Assembly: GCA_963719515.1 (NCBI GenBank)
Contig: CAVRCJ010000003.1
Coordinates: 480,001-544,000, forward strand
Reading direction: 5' to 3'
Length of the DNA stretch: 64,000 nucleotides
Source of the DNA: an uncultured cyanobacterium
Lineage (GTDB): Bacteria > Cyanobacteriota > Cyanobacteriia > CAKZMO01
Shown: positions 45,039 to 54,610 of the stretch, one piece after another
How positions within the stretch are numbered: position 1 is the first letter of the stretch
Layout: each line of letters opens with the position of its first letter
Program-made: the position numbers and the translations under genes
Notes under the pieces: model-generated
What the model was told of the DNA's origin: nothing
Seen by the model: only the letters and a program-made list of their open reading frames with translations
The model's database searches: none

Positions 45039-45217
45039 TACGGTTTCTGCAAAAGTATTTGCAAGATGCAGTGTGGGCAAAACGTAATAGTAATAGGCAA
45101 GTCTGGCGGTGGCCTATGGCCGGTCCTTTGGACCATCGCGTCAGTCCGGGGCACCCGCTGGGAAGGTCAATGGCTGACGCTCCCCAGCCAGGCCGTCATA
45201 GCGCTTGTTAGCGCTTG

Positions 45218-47305
45218 TTATGTAACACCCGAGATGAGTACCAGACCCAGCACTGCGCCAAAGATGATCAGCGCATAGAACTGTGCCCGTCCATTTTCGA
45301 TGTACTTCAGACCTTCGCCTGTGACCAGGGTAACGAAACCGGCAAGGTTGACCACCCCATCGACGATGCGAATGTCGACTTCGAGCACCTGCTTAGCCAG
45401 GCGAATCACGCCCTGGACAAAGACGGTGTTGTAGATTTCGTCGATGTACCACTTGTTGAGGCTGAGCTTGTAGAGGGGGCGAATCTTGCTGGCGATCGCA
45501 TCCGGGTTGATCTTGTGCTGCCGGTACATCAGCGATGCCAGGGTAATGCCGATCAGGGCAATGCCCACCGAGTTACCCGCCATGATTAAGAACTCGCTCA
45601 GCTCAAACTCGGCGTGCTCTAGAGCCGCTTCGCCGGGGGCGTGGATAAACGCCTCAAAGTAGTTGGCAAACGGCGTCCCCACCAGACCGATTAGCATGGC
45701 GGGAATCGCTAGGGCCATCAGCGGGAAGGTCATGGTAAAAGGCGACTCGTGGGGTACCTCGCTGTGCCCACCGTGGTCGTCATGTCCATCATGGGCATTA
45801 TGGGCTTCTCCCTCATGGGCTCCCATCGCCACTAGCTCCTGCGGGTCCATGGCGCCGGGGCCAAAGGCCAACCCCATGCGCTGCAGCTTCTCGCGGTTGA
45901 GCAGCTGACGAATGCCCTCATCCTGACCGCGAAACTCCCCTTCAAAGGTCATGAAATACATGCGGAACATGTAGAAGGCGGTCGCGCCAGCGGTCAGCCA
46001 GCCGATGCCCCAGAGGATGGGGCTCACGGCAAAAGTAGAGCCCAAGATCTCGTCTTTGGACCAAAAGCCCGCAAACGGCGGAATGCCGGAGATTGCCAGG
46101 GTGCCGATCAAAAAGGTGATTGCCGTGATGGGCATGTAGCGGCGCAGACCGCCCATCAGCCGCATATCTTGGGCCAGAGCGGGGTCGTGACCGACGACGT
46201 CCTCCATGCCGTGAATCACCGAACCCGACCCCAGGAACAGCATCGCTTTGAAGTAGGCGTGGGTCATCAGGTGAAACAGGCCGGCGGTGTAAGCGCCGAC
46301 GCCCATGGCCATTACCATGTAGCCCAGCTGAGACATCGTGGAGTAGGCCAGACCTTTTTTAATGTCGTTTTGGGTCATGGCGATGCTGGCCCCCAAGAAC
46401 GCGGTGAGCGCGCCCGTCCAGGCGATGATAGACATCGCGTCGGGCAGGGCCTCGAACATGGGGAACATGCGGGCAATGAGGAACACCCCTGCCGCCACCA
46501 TGGTTGCCGCGTGAATTAGGGCGGAGATGGGCGTGGGGCCCTCCATGGCGTCGGGAAGCCACACATGTAGCGGAAACTGAGCTGACTTGGCCACGGGGCC
46601 GAGGAACACCAGCACCGCAAAAAAGCCCGCCAGCGCAGGCGCTAACGCGCCGCTGGCCACCAGCTCCTGAAGGCGCTCGCCCACGACGTTGAACTCGAAG
46701 CTGCCGGTGGCCCAGTAGAGTGCCAGAATACCGAGCAAGAGACCAAAGTCCCCGACTCGGTTGGTGATAAAGGCTTTTTGGCAGGCGTCAGCCGCTGCCT
46801 TGCGGTCGTACCAGAAGCCAATCAGCAGGTAGGAACACATGCCCACCAGCTCCCAGAAGATATAGACCTGCACCAGGTTGGGGCTGATGATCAGGCCCAG
46901 CATGGAGGAGCTAAACAAGCTCAGGTAGGCATAGAAGCGCACATAGCCTGGATCGTGGGCCATGTAGCCATCGGTGTATATCATTACCAAAAACGCCACC
47001 GTGGTGACAACCACTAGCATCAGCGCCGTTAGGTGGTCGATGACATAACCCATCGTTAGGCGAAAATCTCCAGCCGAGGCCCATTCGATGAGGTACTCGT
47101 AGGAGGCGTGCCCCTGAATTTGGCTGTAGAGAATCGCAAACGACAGCACCATGGCTGTTCCGGTTAGCGACACGATAAAAGTGGAGGATAGGCTGCGAAG
47201 CTTTGCAACAGAGTCTCCATAGGAGAGCAAACCAATGCCCAGCACCATCGCGCCAAAGAGCGGAAGCACTGGAATTATCCAGGCGTATTCATATATCAAA
47301 TCCAT
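45218..47305 (-). CDS. ndhF: NDH-1 subunit 5 (NdhF1)
   Basis: YTDGYMAHDPGYVRF, KSAQFPLHVWLPDAMEGPTPISALIHAATMV, ENGRAQFY. Confidence 0.96.
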   Translation of the reverse strand: MDLIYEYAWIIPVLPLFGAMVLGIGLLSYGDSVAKLRSLSSTFIVSLTGTAMVLSFAILYSQIQGHASYEYLIEWASAGDFRLTMGYVIDHLTALMLVVVTTVAFLVMIYTDGYMAHDPGYVRFYAYLSLFSSSMLGLIISPNLVQVYIFWELVGMCSYLLIGFWYDRKAAADACQKAFITNRVGDFGLLLGILALYWATGSFEFNVVGERLQELVASGALAPALAGFFAVLVFLGPVAKSAQFPLHVWLPDAMEGPTPISALIHAATMVAAGVFLIARMFPMFEALPDAMSIIAWTGALTAFLGASIAMTQNDIKKGLAYSTMSQLGYMVMAMGVGAYTAGLFHLMTHAYFKAMLFLGSGSVIHGMEDVVGHDPALAQDMRLMGGLRRYMPITAITFLIGTLAISGIPPFAGFWSKDEILGSTFAVSPILWGIGWLTAGATAFYMFRMYFMTFEGEFRGQDEGIRQLLNREKLQRMGLAFGPGAMDPQELVAMGAHEGEAHNAHDGHDDHGGHSEVPHESPFTMTFPLMALAIPAMLIGLVGTPFANYFEAFIHAPGEAALEHAEFELSEFLIMAGNSVGIALIGITLASLMYRQHKINPDAIASKIRPLYKLSLNKWYIDEIYNTVFVQGVIRLAKQVLEVDIRIVDGVVNLAGFVTLVTGEGLKYIENGRAQFYALIIFGAVLGLVLISGVT

Positions 47306-47879
47306 AGCTGATGCCTACTTCATACTTCTTTATGTAATTTGGCAAAACCGCTTACATTCTGACACACTCTTCGCCCGTGCGATAAGGCCCTCCCGGAGCT
47401 ATTGGCGTCAAGCTTAGCTCAGCCAGGGCGCATTCGCTTTCCACAGCACACCCGTACTTCACAATGGCTTATGGACTTCCCGCCAATTGTGAAATGATTC
47501 TAAGGGTTTTACCAAAGCCGATTGCCGTGAGCTAGCTTTGACAGAATGCGATAGGGTCAGGTCTAATCACTGACGCTCTGTGATGGGTTTTGCCAGTTTG
47601 GCTCCCTGCTCGCCGCCAAGTTTGGGCGATCGCCCAAAGCGCGACTAAACGCGAGTCGACTACTGAAATGATGTCTCAGATTTTTGGGAATACCGCATGT
47701 TTAATTCAGCCTCGTCAGCGTCAACGCTTAAAGAGACCTACTGGTGGATGCTGCGCCTGTTCATGATGCAGGGCGCTCTGCTCTCTCTGGGCCTGCTTGC
47801 CATTTTGCGGGTGCTGTAGCGTTTGGCCGCAGCGCTTGGCCGCAGAGATTTACAGGTCTTACAGAAGTAGTAATAGGTT

Positions 47880-48185
47880 TCACAGCTCAATGCCCTCTTT
47901 CCGCTGGCGGTGCTGCGCGATCGCCCGCCGAAACCCCAAAACCACCAAAATATTTGTCAGCGTCAGAAAAACCTCCGCCCCGCCGTGTAGCCAGTCCACG
48001 TTGGCCAGCTCTTCTCCGTAAGCTGATTTAGCGTATAGCCCTGCGGGAATCGTGACGGCAACAAACACCAGCGTTCCATAGAACCCCGCTAGCGCTAAAG
48101 GGGGCGTTTTGCCGGAGCGGGTCAAAAACCACAGAAACCCGAGGTAGGGGAACAGCGATAGCGCGAACAGGGTTTCTTTAGACAT
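47880..48185 (-). CDS. DUF3593 membrane protein
   Basis: LFALSLFPYLGFL, LANVDWLHGGAE..LTLTN. Confidence 0.88.
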   Translation of the reverse strand: MSKETLFALSLFPYLGFLWFLTRSGKTPPLALAGFYGTLVFVAVTIPAGLYAKSAYGEELANVDWLHGGAEVFLTLTNILVVLGFRRAIAQHRQRKEGIEL

Positions 48186-48207
48186 TCTTTTCTCCGCATA
48201 TTTCCGT

Positions 48208-48380
48208 GGACTGCTAAACGTGGGCTGGTGACATCCTCCCGACGCTGATGCTACGCATACAGCGCGGGCTTCCTCAGTGACTCCCAGCTACCGCTGAGAC
48301 ATTCCCTGAGAGATTAAGGGCTTGATGTCCCACAGCCCTATTCAATAGGTTGATAGCCGCGTTGTGGTCGCGGCAGATCG
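48208..48380 (-). ncRNA. Predicted TnpB omega/reRNA: scaffold from tnpB 3' end and right end, guide from the flank
   Basis: Standard IS200/IS605 architecture; guide would start CAGCCCACGTTTAGCAGTCC; 5' boundary is a guess. Confidence 0.6.
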
Positions 48381-49471
48381 TTAAGCCGCATGACGGGCAA
48401 CTATGGACCCGATCGGCCAGCGTCTTTTGTACCCGCTCACCACAACCCGAGCAATCAATGCTGGTTCCGCGTGGGTTCTCAGCGATGGTCATCTTTCCAG
48501 CTTTCGCGGCTTTGAAAGAGCCTATCTCCAAGAATGTACCCCATGCGGCATCAGCGATTGACTTTGCCAGTCTGGTTCGAGCAAGTCCTTTGATGTTGAG
48601 CTTTTCATGAGCGACAACATCGTACTTTGAAAACAGCCAATCCCACACCTTAGAAAAGAAATCACGACGCTGACGCGATATCTTTCAGATGCAGTTTGGC
48701 GATGCGATTTACCTGCTTACGCCAGCGGTTAGAGCCCTTCTTCTGTCTCGATAGCTGCCGCTGCAGCTTGGATAGCTGCCGCTCTGAGCGTCGAAAGAAC
48801 TGAGGGATAGGAACGCTCTCACCGTCACTGGTAACCAAGAAATCCTTCAGCCCAACGTCAACACCGACAGACTTAGCCCTATCGACATCCGGAGTAAGCA
48901 TCGGAACGGCATTGTTTTCCAGTAACAGGCTCACATACCAACCATCTGCTTTGCGAGTCACCTTGGCCGTTTTGACAGTAAACCCATCAGGTATCGGGCG
49001 ATGAAGGATTAGCTTCACCTGACCAATCTTAGGCAGGGTAATACGACTTCCATCGATGCAGTCAGGTTTCATCTGCGGGAACGTGAACGTCCTGTAGCGC
49101 CCCGCGCCTTTGAACCGAGGCTTGCCGCTACGCTTACCATTCCTATCACCTTTGATGAAACGCTCGAACGTCTGCTTTACCTGCTTCGTCACCTCCTGAA
49201 GCGCTTGTGAGTGCAAATCTTTGTACCAGGGTCGCTCTCGCTTGAGAGGTACTAGGCTAGCCTTCTGGCTGTAGTAATTAGGATTATCTTTGAGTGGCGC
49301 AAGGCTACAGGTGAGTGGGCAGGCGTTGACCGAACAGCGGTTCATCTCCCACCAGTCGAAGCGCTCAGCCAGCAACCAGTTGTACTGTGCCCGAAGCATA
49401 TCTAGCCATCGGGTCATGGTAACCGTTTGCTCAGCCGCTGGACGCAACTTGTACTGATAAGTGACTTTCAT
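48274..49471 (-). pseudogene. tnpB: RNA-guided endonuclease TnpB, frameshifted by one extra base near 48683-48685
   Basis: YQYKLRP, GKPRFK, ITLPKIG, ADGWYV, RuvC GVDVG / HEKL / CRDHNAA, CSGC..CPSC; removing one A gives LKISRQRRDFFSKVWD and a 398-aa ORF. Confidence 0.9.
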
Positions 49472-49504
49472 GCAATAATGATAGCATATTGACATCAGAA
49501 CGAC

Positions 49505-49687
49505 ATGCAGCAAATAACTATTAGAGCCGCTGACAGAGAAAAGCAGCATCTTGACAAGTATTGTGAGATGACCGAAAGAACTATCAACGATGTCCTTAGG
49601 GAGTACATCCGAAGTTTGGCCGTCTCCGGGGTATTGAGCCCCATCGACGACCGCGACTCTCATCCCGACGCTCACCCTGACGGGTAG
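49505..49687 (+). CDS. Ribbon-helix-helix (CopG-like) protein inside the IS
   Basis: QITIRA (strand), DREKQHLDKYCE (helix), TINDVLREYIRSL (helix). Confidence 0.75.
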   Translation: MQQITIRAADREKQHLDKYCEMTERTINDVLREYIRSLAVSGVLSPIDDRDSHPDAHPDG

Positions 49688-49734
49688 AGCGCGGGGCTTC
49701 CTGTCTAGTAGCTAAACCTAGAGCAACCTTGACG

Positions 49735-50037
49735 CTAGGTTTTGGGCTGGGGCGATCGCCAGATCCACCAGGCGGCTACGCAAAGCGTGACGTTGCCCAA
49801 AACCGTCATGGCCGCCTGCAGGGTGACCAGCCAGCCTAAGCTGGGGGGATTGTCGAAAAAGTGCCAGGTACAGGCGCACATGGCGCTCACGAAGGCGGGC
49901 AGCATGGCCACAGACAGCGCCCGCCAAGAGCGATCGCCGCTGACGTCGCCGTAGGCCCAGATGAGGGCGATCGCTGCTGCCCATTCGATAACGCTAGAGA
50001 TATGGATAATCCAGGTGGGAATAGAGAGGGCGTGCAT
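49735..50037 (-). CDS. DUF2499 (Ycf49-like) membrane protein
   Basis: [37 protein letters not shown]. Confidence 0.9.
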   Translation of the reverse strand: MHALSIPTWIIHISSVIEWAAAIALIWAYGDVSGDRSWRALSVAMLPAFVSAMCACTWHFFDNPPSLGWLVTLQAAMTVLGNVTLCVAAWWIWRSPQPKT

Positions 50038-50117
50038 GGGGATTGTGGGTGACTGTAGCCGCGTGGAGGCCTAACCTGCTCTATTGTAAATGGGTACGTT
50101 GTCTCGGATAGCGCTAA

Positions 50118-51155
50118 ATGCGGACAATTTTGTGCGGCTACTATGGCATGGGCAACGGAGGCGACGAGGCTCTTCTGGCGACAGCGCTGCAGATGCTGCC
50201 CTCCAACGCCACCCCCATAGTGCTGTCCGGGCAGCCCCAGCTTACCCAACAGCAATATTCCGTCGAGGCGGTGCCGCGTAAGTCCCCTACGGCGGTGCTG
50301 GGGTCGATGCGGCGAGCCGACGCTTTTGTCTGGGGCGGCGGTAGCCTGATGCAGGATGCCACCAGTCGCCTAAATCCGCTTTACTACGGCGGGCTGATGG
50401 GGCTGGCTCAGCAGTTTGGACTCAAAACCGTGGCCTGGGCCCAAGGTATCGGTCCCCTCAACCAAGAGCTCACCCGGCGCGTCGCCCGGCAGGCCTATCG
50501 CCAGTGCCACGCCGTCAGCGTGCGGGATCAAGGCTCAGCCCAGCAGCTGGCCGCCTGGAACGTTCCTGGCATTTTGGCCCCCGATCCCGTCTGGGCTCTC
50601 GAAGGAAAGTCCCTGGCTGGACTGTGGGAACTGCCCGCTCCAAGAATTGCGGTCACCCTCAGAACCCATCCGGATTTGACCCCGCAGCGGCTGTCAGTTA
50701 TGACGGATGCCCTGTCAATGCTGCAGGCCGCAACGGGCGCATGCTTGCTGATTGTTCCTTTTCAACTGCCCCAAGATTTGGCCCTGGCCCAGGCGGTCCA
50801 GGCGCGTCTACCCAAAAGCCATCTGCTTCAAATTCAAGATCCCCGTCAGCTCGCAGGTGTCTTTAAAGGGGTGGAAATGGCGATCGCCATGCGGCTACAC
50901 GGTCTGATTATGGCAGCGGCGGCGGAATGCCGTACCTTTGCCATTAGCTACGATCCCAAAATCGACCAGCTGATGCAGACACTTTCCATACCGGGCTGGC
51001 GACTCGACCAGATGCCGCTTGACGCCGCTAAAATTAGCCAAGCTTGGCTAGAGCAGTTCGTCAATGGCGATGCCCTGTCTCTAGACCAAATTCAGTCCCT
51101 ACGCGATCGCGCTCTGATGCATCAAGACGTGCTGCATGAGGCGCTGACGTCTTAA
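50118..51155 (+). CDS. csaB: Polysaccharide pyruvyl transferase
   Basis: GYYGMGNGGDEA, GGGSLMQDATS, QGIGPL, SVRD, MRLH, SYDPK. Confidence 0.92.
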   Translation: MRTILCGYYGMGNGGDEALLATALQMLPSNATPIVLSGQPQLTQQQYSVEAVPRKSPTAVLGSMRRADAFVWGGGSLMQDATSRLNPLYYGGLMGLAQQFGLKTVAWAQGIGPLNQELTRRVARQAYRQCHAVSVRDQGSAQQLAAWNVPGILAPDPVWALEGKSLAGLWELPAPRIAVTLRTHPDLTPQRLSVMTDALSMLQAATGACLLIVPFQLPQDLALAQAVQARLPKSHLLQIQDPRQLAGVFKGVEMAIAMRLHGLIMAAAAECRTFAISYDPKIDQLMQTLSIPGWRLDQMPLDAAKISQAWLEQFVNGDALSLDQIQSLRDRALMHQDVLHEALTS

Positions 51156-51207
51156 GAGGAACACAGTTCGGTATGATGGGGGGAGCCAATTTTTGCATTG
51201 AGATACT

Positions 51208-51324
51208 ATGCTGACCTTAAAAATCGTTGTATACGTCGTCGTCTCCTTCTTCGTCGGGATCTTTATTTTCGGATTCTTGTCCAACGATCCCGCCCGCAAC
51301 CCCAACCGCCGCGACTTCGAATAA
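51208..51324 (+). CDS. psbI: Photosystem II reaction centre protein I (below the ORF-track cutoff)
   Basis: Translates to [38 protein letters not shown]. Confidence 0.97.
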   Translation: MLTLKIVVYVVVSFFVGIFIFGFLSNDPARNPNRRDFE

Positions 51325-51553
51325 GCCTCTAGTCGCGATTTCACGAGCGCTTGAGTTATAGGCACTCGGCCACAGCACCTGAGCTATAGGCTGAGTGGGC
51401 ACGTCAGTGCCATTCCGTCCCCTTATGCTTACGCTGACTTGGGGACGTTTTCTTAGCGAGTCGTCAATCGGTGATGCAGCGCTGTAGCGTAGCGACTGAG
51501 GTATTGACCCTGCGGACCAGTCGGGCTTTGTTTTTGGTGTGAGTTGTTAGTCT

Positions 51554-54500
51554 ATGCCCTATCCAGTGCCGCCACCGCCACCGCTCGTTCATGTGGCAGC
51601 AGTGTCTTATGTCGATGCTCTGCCTCGGCCCGAAAACCTGATTGCTGAGGCAGAGCGTCAGGTTCTCTTGCCAGAGCCGATGTCCGCTAGGCCCTTGGCG
51701 TCATTGAGCCCGTCTCTACTATCCAGCACTGCAGGGCCCAGCTCTGCAGTGCCCAGGCCTGTAGCGCCAGAGTCTACGGTGCCAGGACTCACACCGCCAG
51801 GGCTTACACCGTCAGGACTCACAGCGCCAGAACTCACAGCGCCAGGACTCACAGCGCCAGGACTCACAGCGCCAGGACTCACAGCGTCAGGACTCACAGC
51901 GCCACAGCCTACAGCGCCCGTCCTGCCGGATCTAATAGCGCAATCGGCGAGGGCGCAATCGGTACTATTACCCACGTCAGCATCGACGCCCGACGAGCCT
52001 GGGATACCGCTCAACGTCTATCCCACCGCTTCTGCTGGCGACGCCGATGGCGAAACGGTCGACCCCAGCAGCCTCGGCCCGGCGGTGGAAGTTGGCCTTC
52101 CGTCGGGCGGCTCCCTGCCGGGATCTCACCTCGGCAACCTGCAGCGGGACTACGGCCTTAATGAGGCGACAGCGCTCCAGCTCGAGTCTGATGTAGTGTC
52201 ACGTCTGGAGTCTGACGAAGCGGCATACGAAAAGACGGCGGTATTGCTGCACGATAGCCGAGACATTTTGGGCGAGCTAGTGGACTGGGTGGCCCAGCAG
52301 TCTCAAGAGATTATCCCCGGCGAACTTCAGGCTCCCCTGCCGAGCTCGACCAATCGGCCAAACGCCGCGCCAGAGACCAACGCCATTCCTCTAGAAGACC
52401 TCGATCTAGGCCCTTCTGACGAGGCTGCTCCAGAGGAGACGGCGGCTGTCGGTGCCCTAGAGGTGATCGCCGATCGCCAAATCTACGATCAGCGGCAGCA
52501 GGCGTTCATTGCTGAGGGGAACGTTGCCCTATTGGTCAGAGGCTCGATCCTCACTGCAGATGAGGTGCGGGTCAATTTACCCAATCAAATCGCTATTGCC
52601 ACCGGAGACGTGGTGTTCACCCGGGGCGACCAGGTGCTGCGAGGCGATCGCATCGAATATAATTTTGTGCGGGAAGAAGGGGCCGTGCTGGATGCCCGAG
52701 GCGAGGTGTTTATTCCTCAAATTGCCGCAGACCTTTCCGGCGATCGCCCCATAGCGGGTCCCTCAACGGCCACGCCTCAGGCAGGCGTTGACGTCGGGGT
52801 TTCCCAAGAAGACATTCTTAGCCAGCGCCTCAGCCGCCAGCAGCCCGAGGTGCAGACGGCAACTTCCACTGGGGGCGTAACCGTCGGGGCCGGGATCTCT
52901 GGCGCTCGGGGAAGCTCCAACCAAGGGTCAGCCTCGGGAAGCGTCCGGCAGCTGCGGTTTGAGGCCGAGCGCATCGATTTTCGCCCCGGCGGCTGGGTCG
53001 CCTCTAACGTCCGGCTCACTAACGATCCCTTCTCCCCTCCAGAACTCGAAATTCGCACCAACCAGGCGACCTTTCAAAGGCTGTCTGCCACCCGCAGCGA
53101 GCTGCGGCTCAAAAATCCCCGCCTGGTCGTTGACCAAGGACTTGCCATCCCGCTGCTGCGATCGCGCTTTATCTTTGACGAGCGCCAGCGCAATCCACTG
53201 CCGATCCAGTTTGGTTTTGATGAAGAGGATCGAGATGGCCTGTTTGCAGAGCGACCGTTTGAGGTACTTGCCACTCCGGACATTCAGTTCACCGTCACGC
53301 CTCAGTTTTTTATTCAGCGAGCTTTTACGGGCCGTGACGCAGACGCCATTGAGCTGGGCGAAAACGATACTGGGGTGCTCAACCCTAACTCCTATGGTCT
53401 GACTTCGGAGTTAGACATTGCCTTTGACTCGCTGACCTCCTTAGAGGCAAACACCGTTCTTACCAGCCTAGACTTCGACCAAAACTTTGCCGACGAGGAC
53501 TTACGGGGGCTGGTGCGTCTGCGCCGCCGTACCCCCAGCGGGTACACCTTCACCGGAGAATACAACTACCGCGATCGCCTCTTCAACGGGACCTTAGGGT
53601 TCCAAACGGTAGACCAGTCCTTTGGCTTCATCGCCACCTCTCCCACGATTCGATTAGGCAACTCTGGCGTCGAGCTCACCTACCAGGGAGCCATTCAGCG
53701 GATCACAGACGACATTCGCTTTGAGCGGCGAGACGACCTTCTGGGGCCTATCCTCGAGCGGGAGGACAACAACACGACCTTGACCCGCTACCAGCTCGCG
53801 GCTGAGCTACAGCGCTTTTTTCTCCTATGGTCAGGTACCCCCCTTCCGGCAACGCCGGACCAAGGTCTGCGCTATACGCCAACGCCCGTAGTTCCTTTTA
53901 TTGGGTTCAGCCCTCGGGTGCGAGGGGTTGCAGGGGTCTATAGCAGCGGCGACACTCAGCCTATTCTGACTGGGCAGCTGTCGTTTTTTGGCCAGTTTGG
54001 CCACTTTTCTCGATCGGCCTTCGACTATCTAGGCTTTAATCTCACCTATCGCCGCAGCACTGAGGGGAGTGAATCTCCCTTCAACTTCGATCTGGTACGC
54101 GATCGGGAGGTGTTCTCAGGAGGATTGACGGCCCAGCTCATTGGCCCCTTCCGCGCCGGCTTTCAGACTTCGATCAGCCTCTCCCAAGACCGGGGTTTCG
54201 ATACCAGCTACTTTGTCGAATACAGTCGCCGCACCTTTGGCCTGGTTGCTCGGTTCAATCCCGATCGGGAAATCGGCTCTTTCAATCTGCGCATCAGCGA
54301 CTTTACCTGGGCTGGAACGCCGCGCCGCTTTGACGCTGAGCCCGTAGAGTACGACCCACAGCTTGTGGATCCTGACTCAGTAGATTTCCCTGCTGATAGG
54401 GTGATTGACGCTGAGTCCGATCCGGCTGAGCCAATCGACGCTGAGCTTGGAGAGGCTGAGCCCGTAACCGATGAGCCCGTAACCGATGAGCCCATAGATC

Positions 54501-54586
54501 TAGATCAACTGGATTTAGACTCACCGATTTTAAATCCATTAGAAGATGACCTCAACGAAAACTCAGCACCCCTATTTGAGCGCTAA
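51554..54586 (+). CDS. DUF3769 / LptD(OstA)-like outer-membrane protein
   Basis: MPYPVPPPPP start, ADRQ.YD..AEGNV OstA-like region, LRFEAERI, TNDPFSPPEL, YRDRLFNG.LG; sits downstream of psbI. Confidence 0.85.
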   Translation: MPYPVPPPPPLVHVAAVSYVDALPRPENLIAEAERQVLLPEPMSARPLASLSPSLLSSTAGPSSAVPRPVAPESTVPGLTPPGLTPSGLTAPELTAPGLTAPGLTAPGLTASGLTAPQPTAPVLPDLIAQSARAQSVLLPTSASTPDEPGIPLNVYPTASAGDADGETVDPSSLGPAVEVGLPSGGSLPGSHLGNLQRDYGLNEATALQLESDVVSRLESDEAAYEKTAVLLHDSRDILGELVDWVAQQSQEIIPGELQAPLPSSTNRPNAAPETNAIPLEDLDLGPSDEAAPEETAAVGALEVIADRQIYDQRQQAFIAEGNVALLVRGSILTADEVRVNLPNQIAIATGDVVFTRGDQVLRGDRIEYNFVREEGAVLDARGEVFIPQIAADLSGDRPIAGPSTATPQAGVDVGVSQEDILSQRLSRQQPEVQTATSTGGVTVGAGISGARGSSNQGSASGSVRQLRFEAERIDFRPGGWVASNVRLTNDPFSPPELEIRTNQATFQRLSATRSELRLKNPRLVVDQGLAIPLLRSRFIFDERQRNPLPIQFGFDEEDRDGLFAERPFEVLATPDIQFTVTPQFFIQRAFTGRDADAIELGENDTGVLNPNSYGLTSELDIAFDSLTSLEANTVLTSLDFDQNFADEDLRGLVRLRRRTPSGYTFTGEYNYRDRLFNGTLGFQTVDQSFGFIATSPTIRLGNSGVELTYQGAIQRITDDIRFERRDDLLGPILEREDNNTTLTRYQLAAELQRFFLLWSGTPLPATPDQGLRYTPTPVVPFIGFSPRVRGVAGVYSSGDTQPILTGQLSFFGQFGHFSRSAFDYLGFNLTYRRSTEGSESPFNFDLVRDREVFSGGLTAQLIGPFRAGFQTSISLSQDRGFDTSYFVEYSRRTFGLVARFNPDREIGSFNLRISDFTWAGTPRRFDAEPVEYDPQLVDPDSVDFPADRVIDAESDPAEPIDAELGEAEPVTDEPVTDEPIDLDQLDLDSPILNPLEDDLNENSAPLFER
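51781..51915 (+). repeat. In-frame 15-bp tandem repeat, about 9 copies (PGLTA-type)
   Basis: GCCAGGACTCACAGC and variants read directly. Confidence 0.92.
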
Positions 54587-54610
54587 CTGACTGCTCCCCA
54601 GCCCTAGGCC

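Larger units (their letters stand above)
48228..49711 (-). mobile_element. Non-autonomous IS200/IS605-family element (tnpB plus RHH gene, no tnpA)
   Basis: Two related subterminal hairpins CCCGCGCT..AGCGTCGGG; right end GGGAGGATGTCAC; left end follows TTAG; no target duplication; splits the DUF2499-DUF3593 pair. Confidence 0.9.

Noticed and set aside
48274..49471. TnpB as Cas12f or a nuclease-dead TldR repressor
   Set aside because: No CRISPR array; both IS ends are present, RuvC residues are intact and the guide is simply the insertion flank
48662..49675. 337-aa ORF as full-length TnpB with an N-terminal extension
   Set aside because: The first 68 codons are antisense to the RHH gene and the spacer; the TnpB-like start is MKVTYQY at 49471 and the C-terminus is in another frame
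51781..51915. 15-bp repeats as a CRISPR or iteron array
   Set aside because: In-frame coding repeat with no unique spacers
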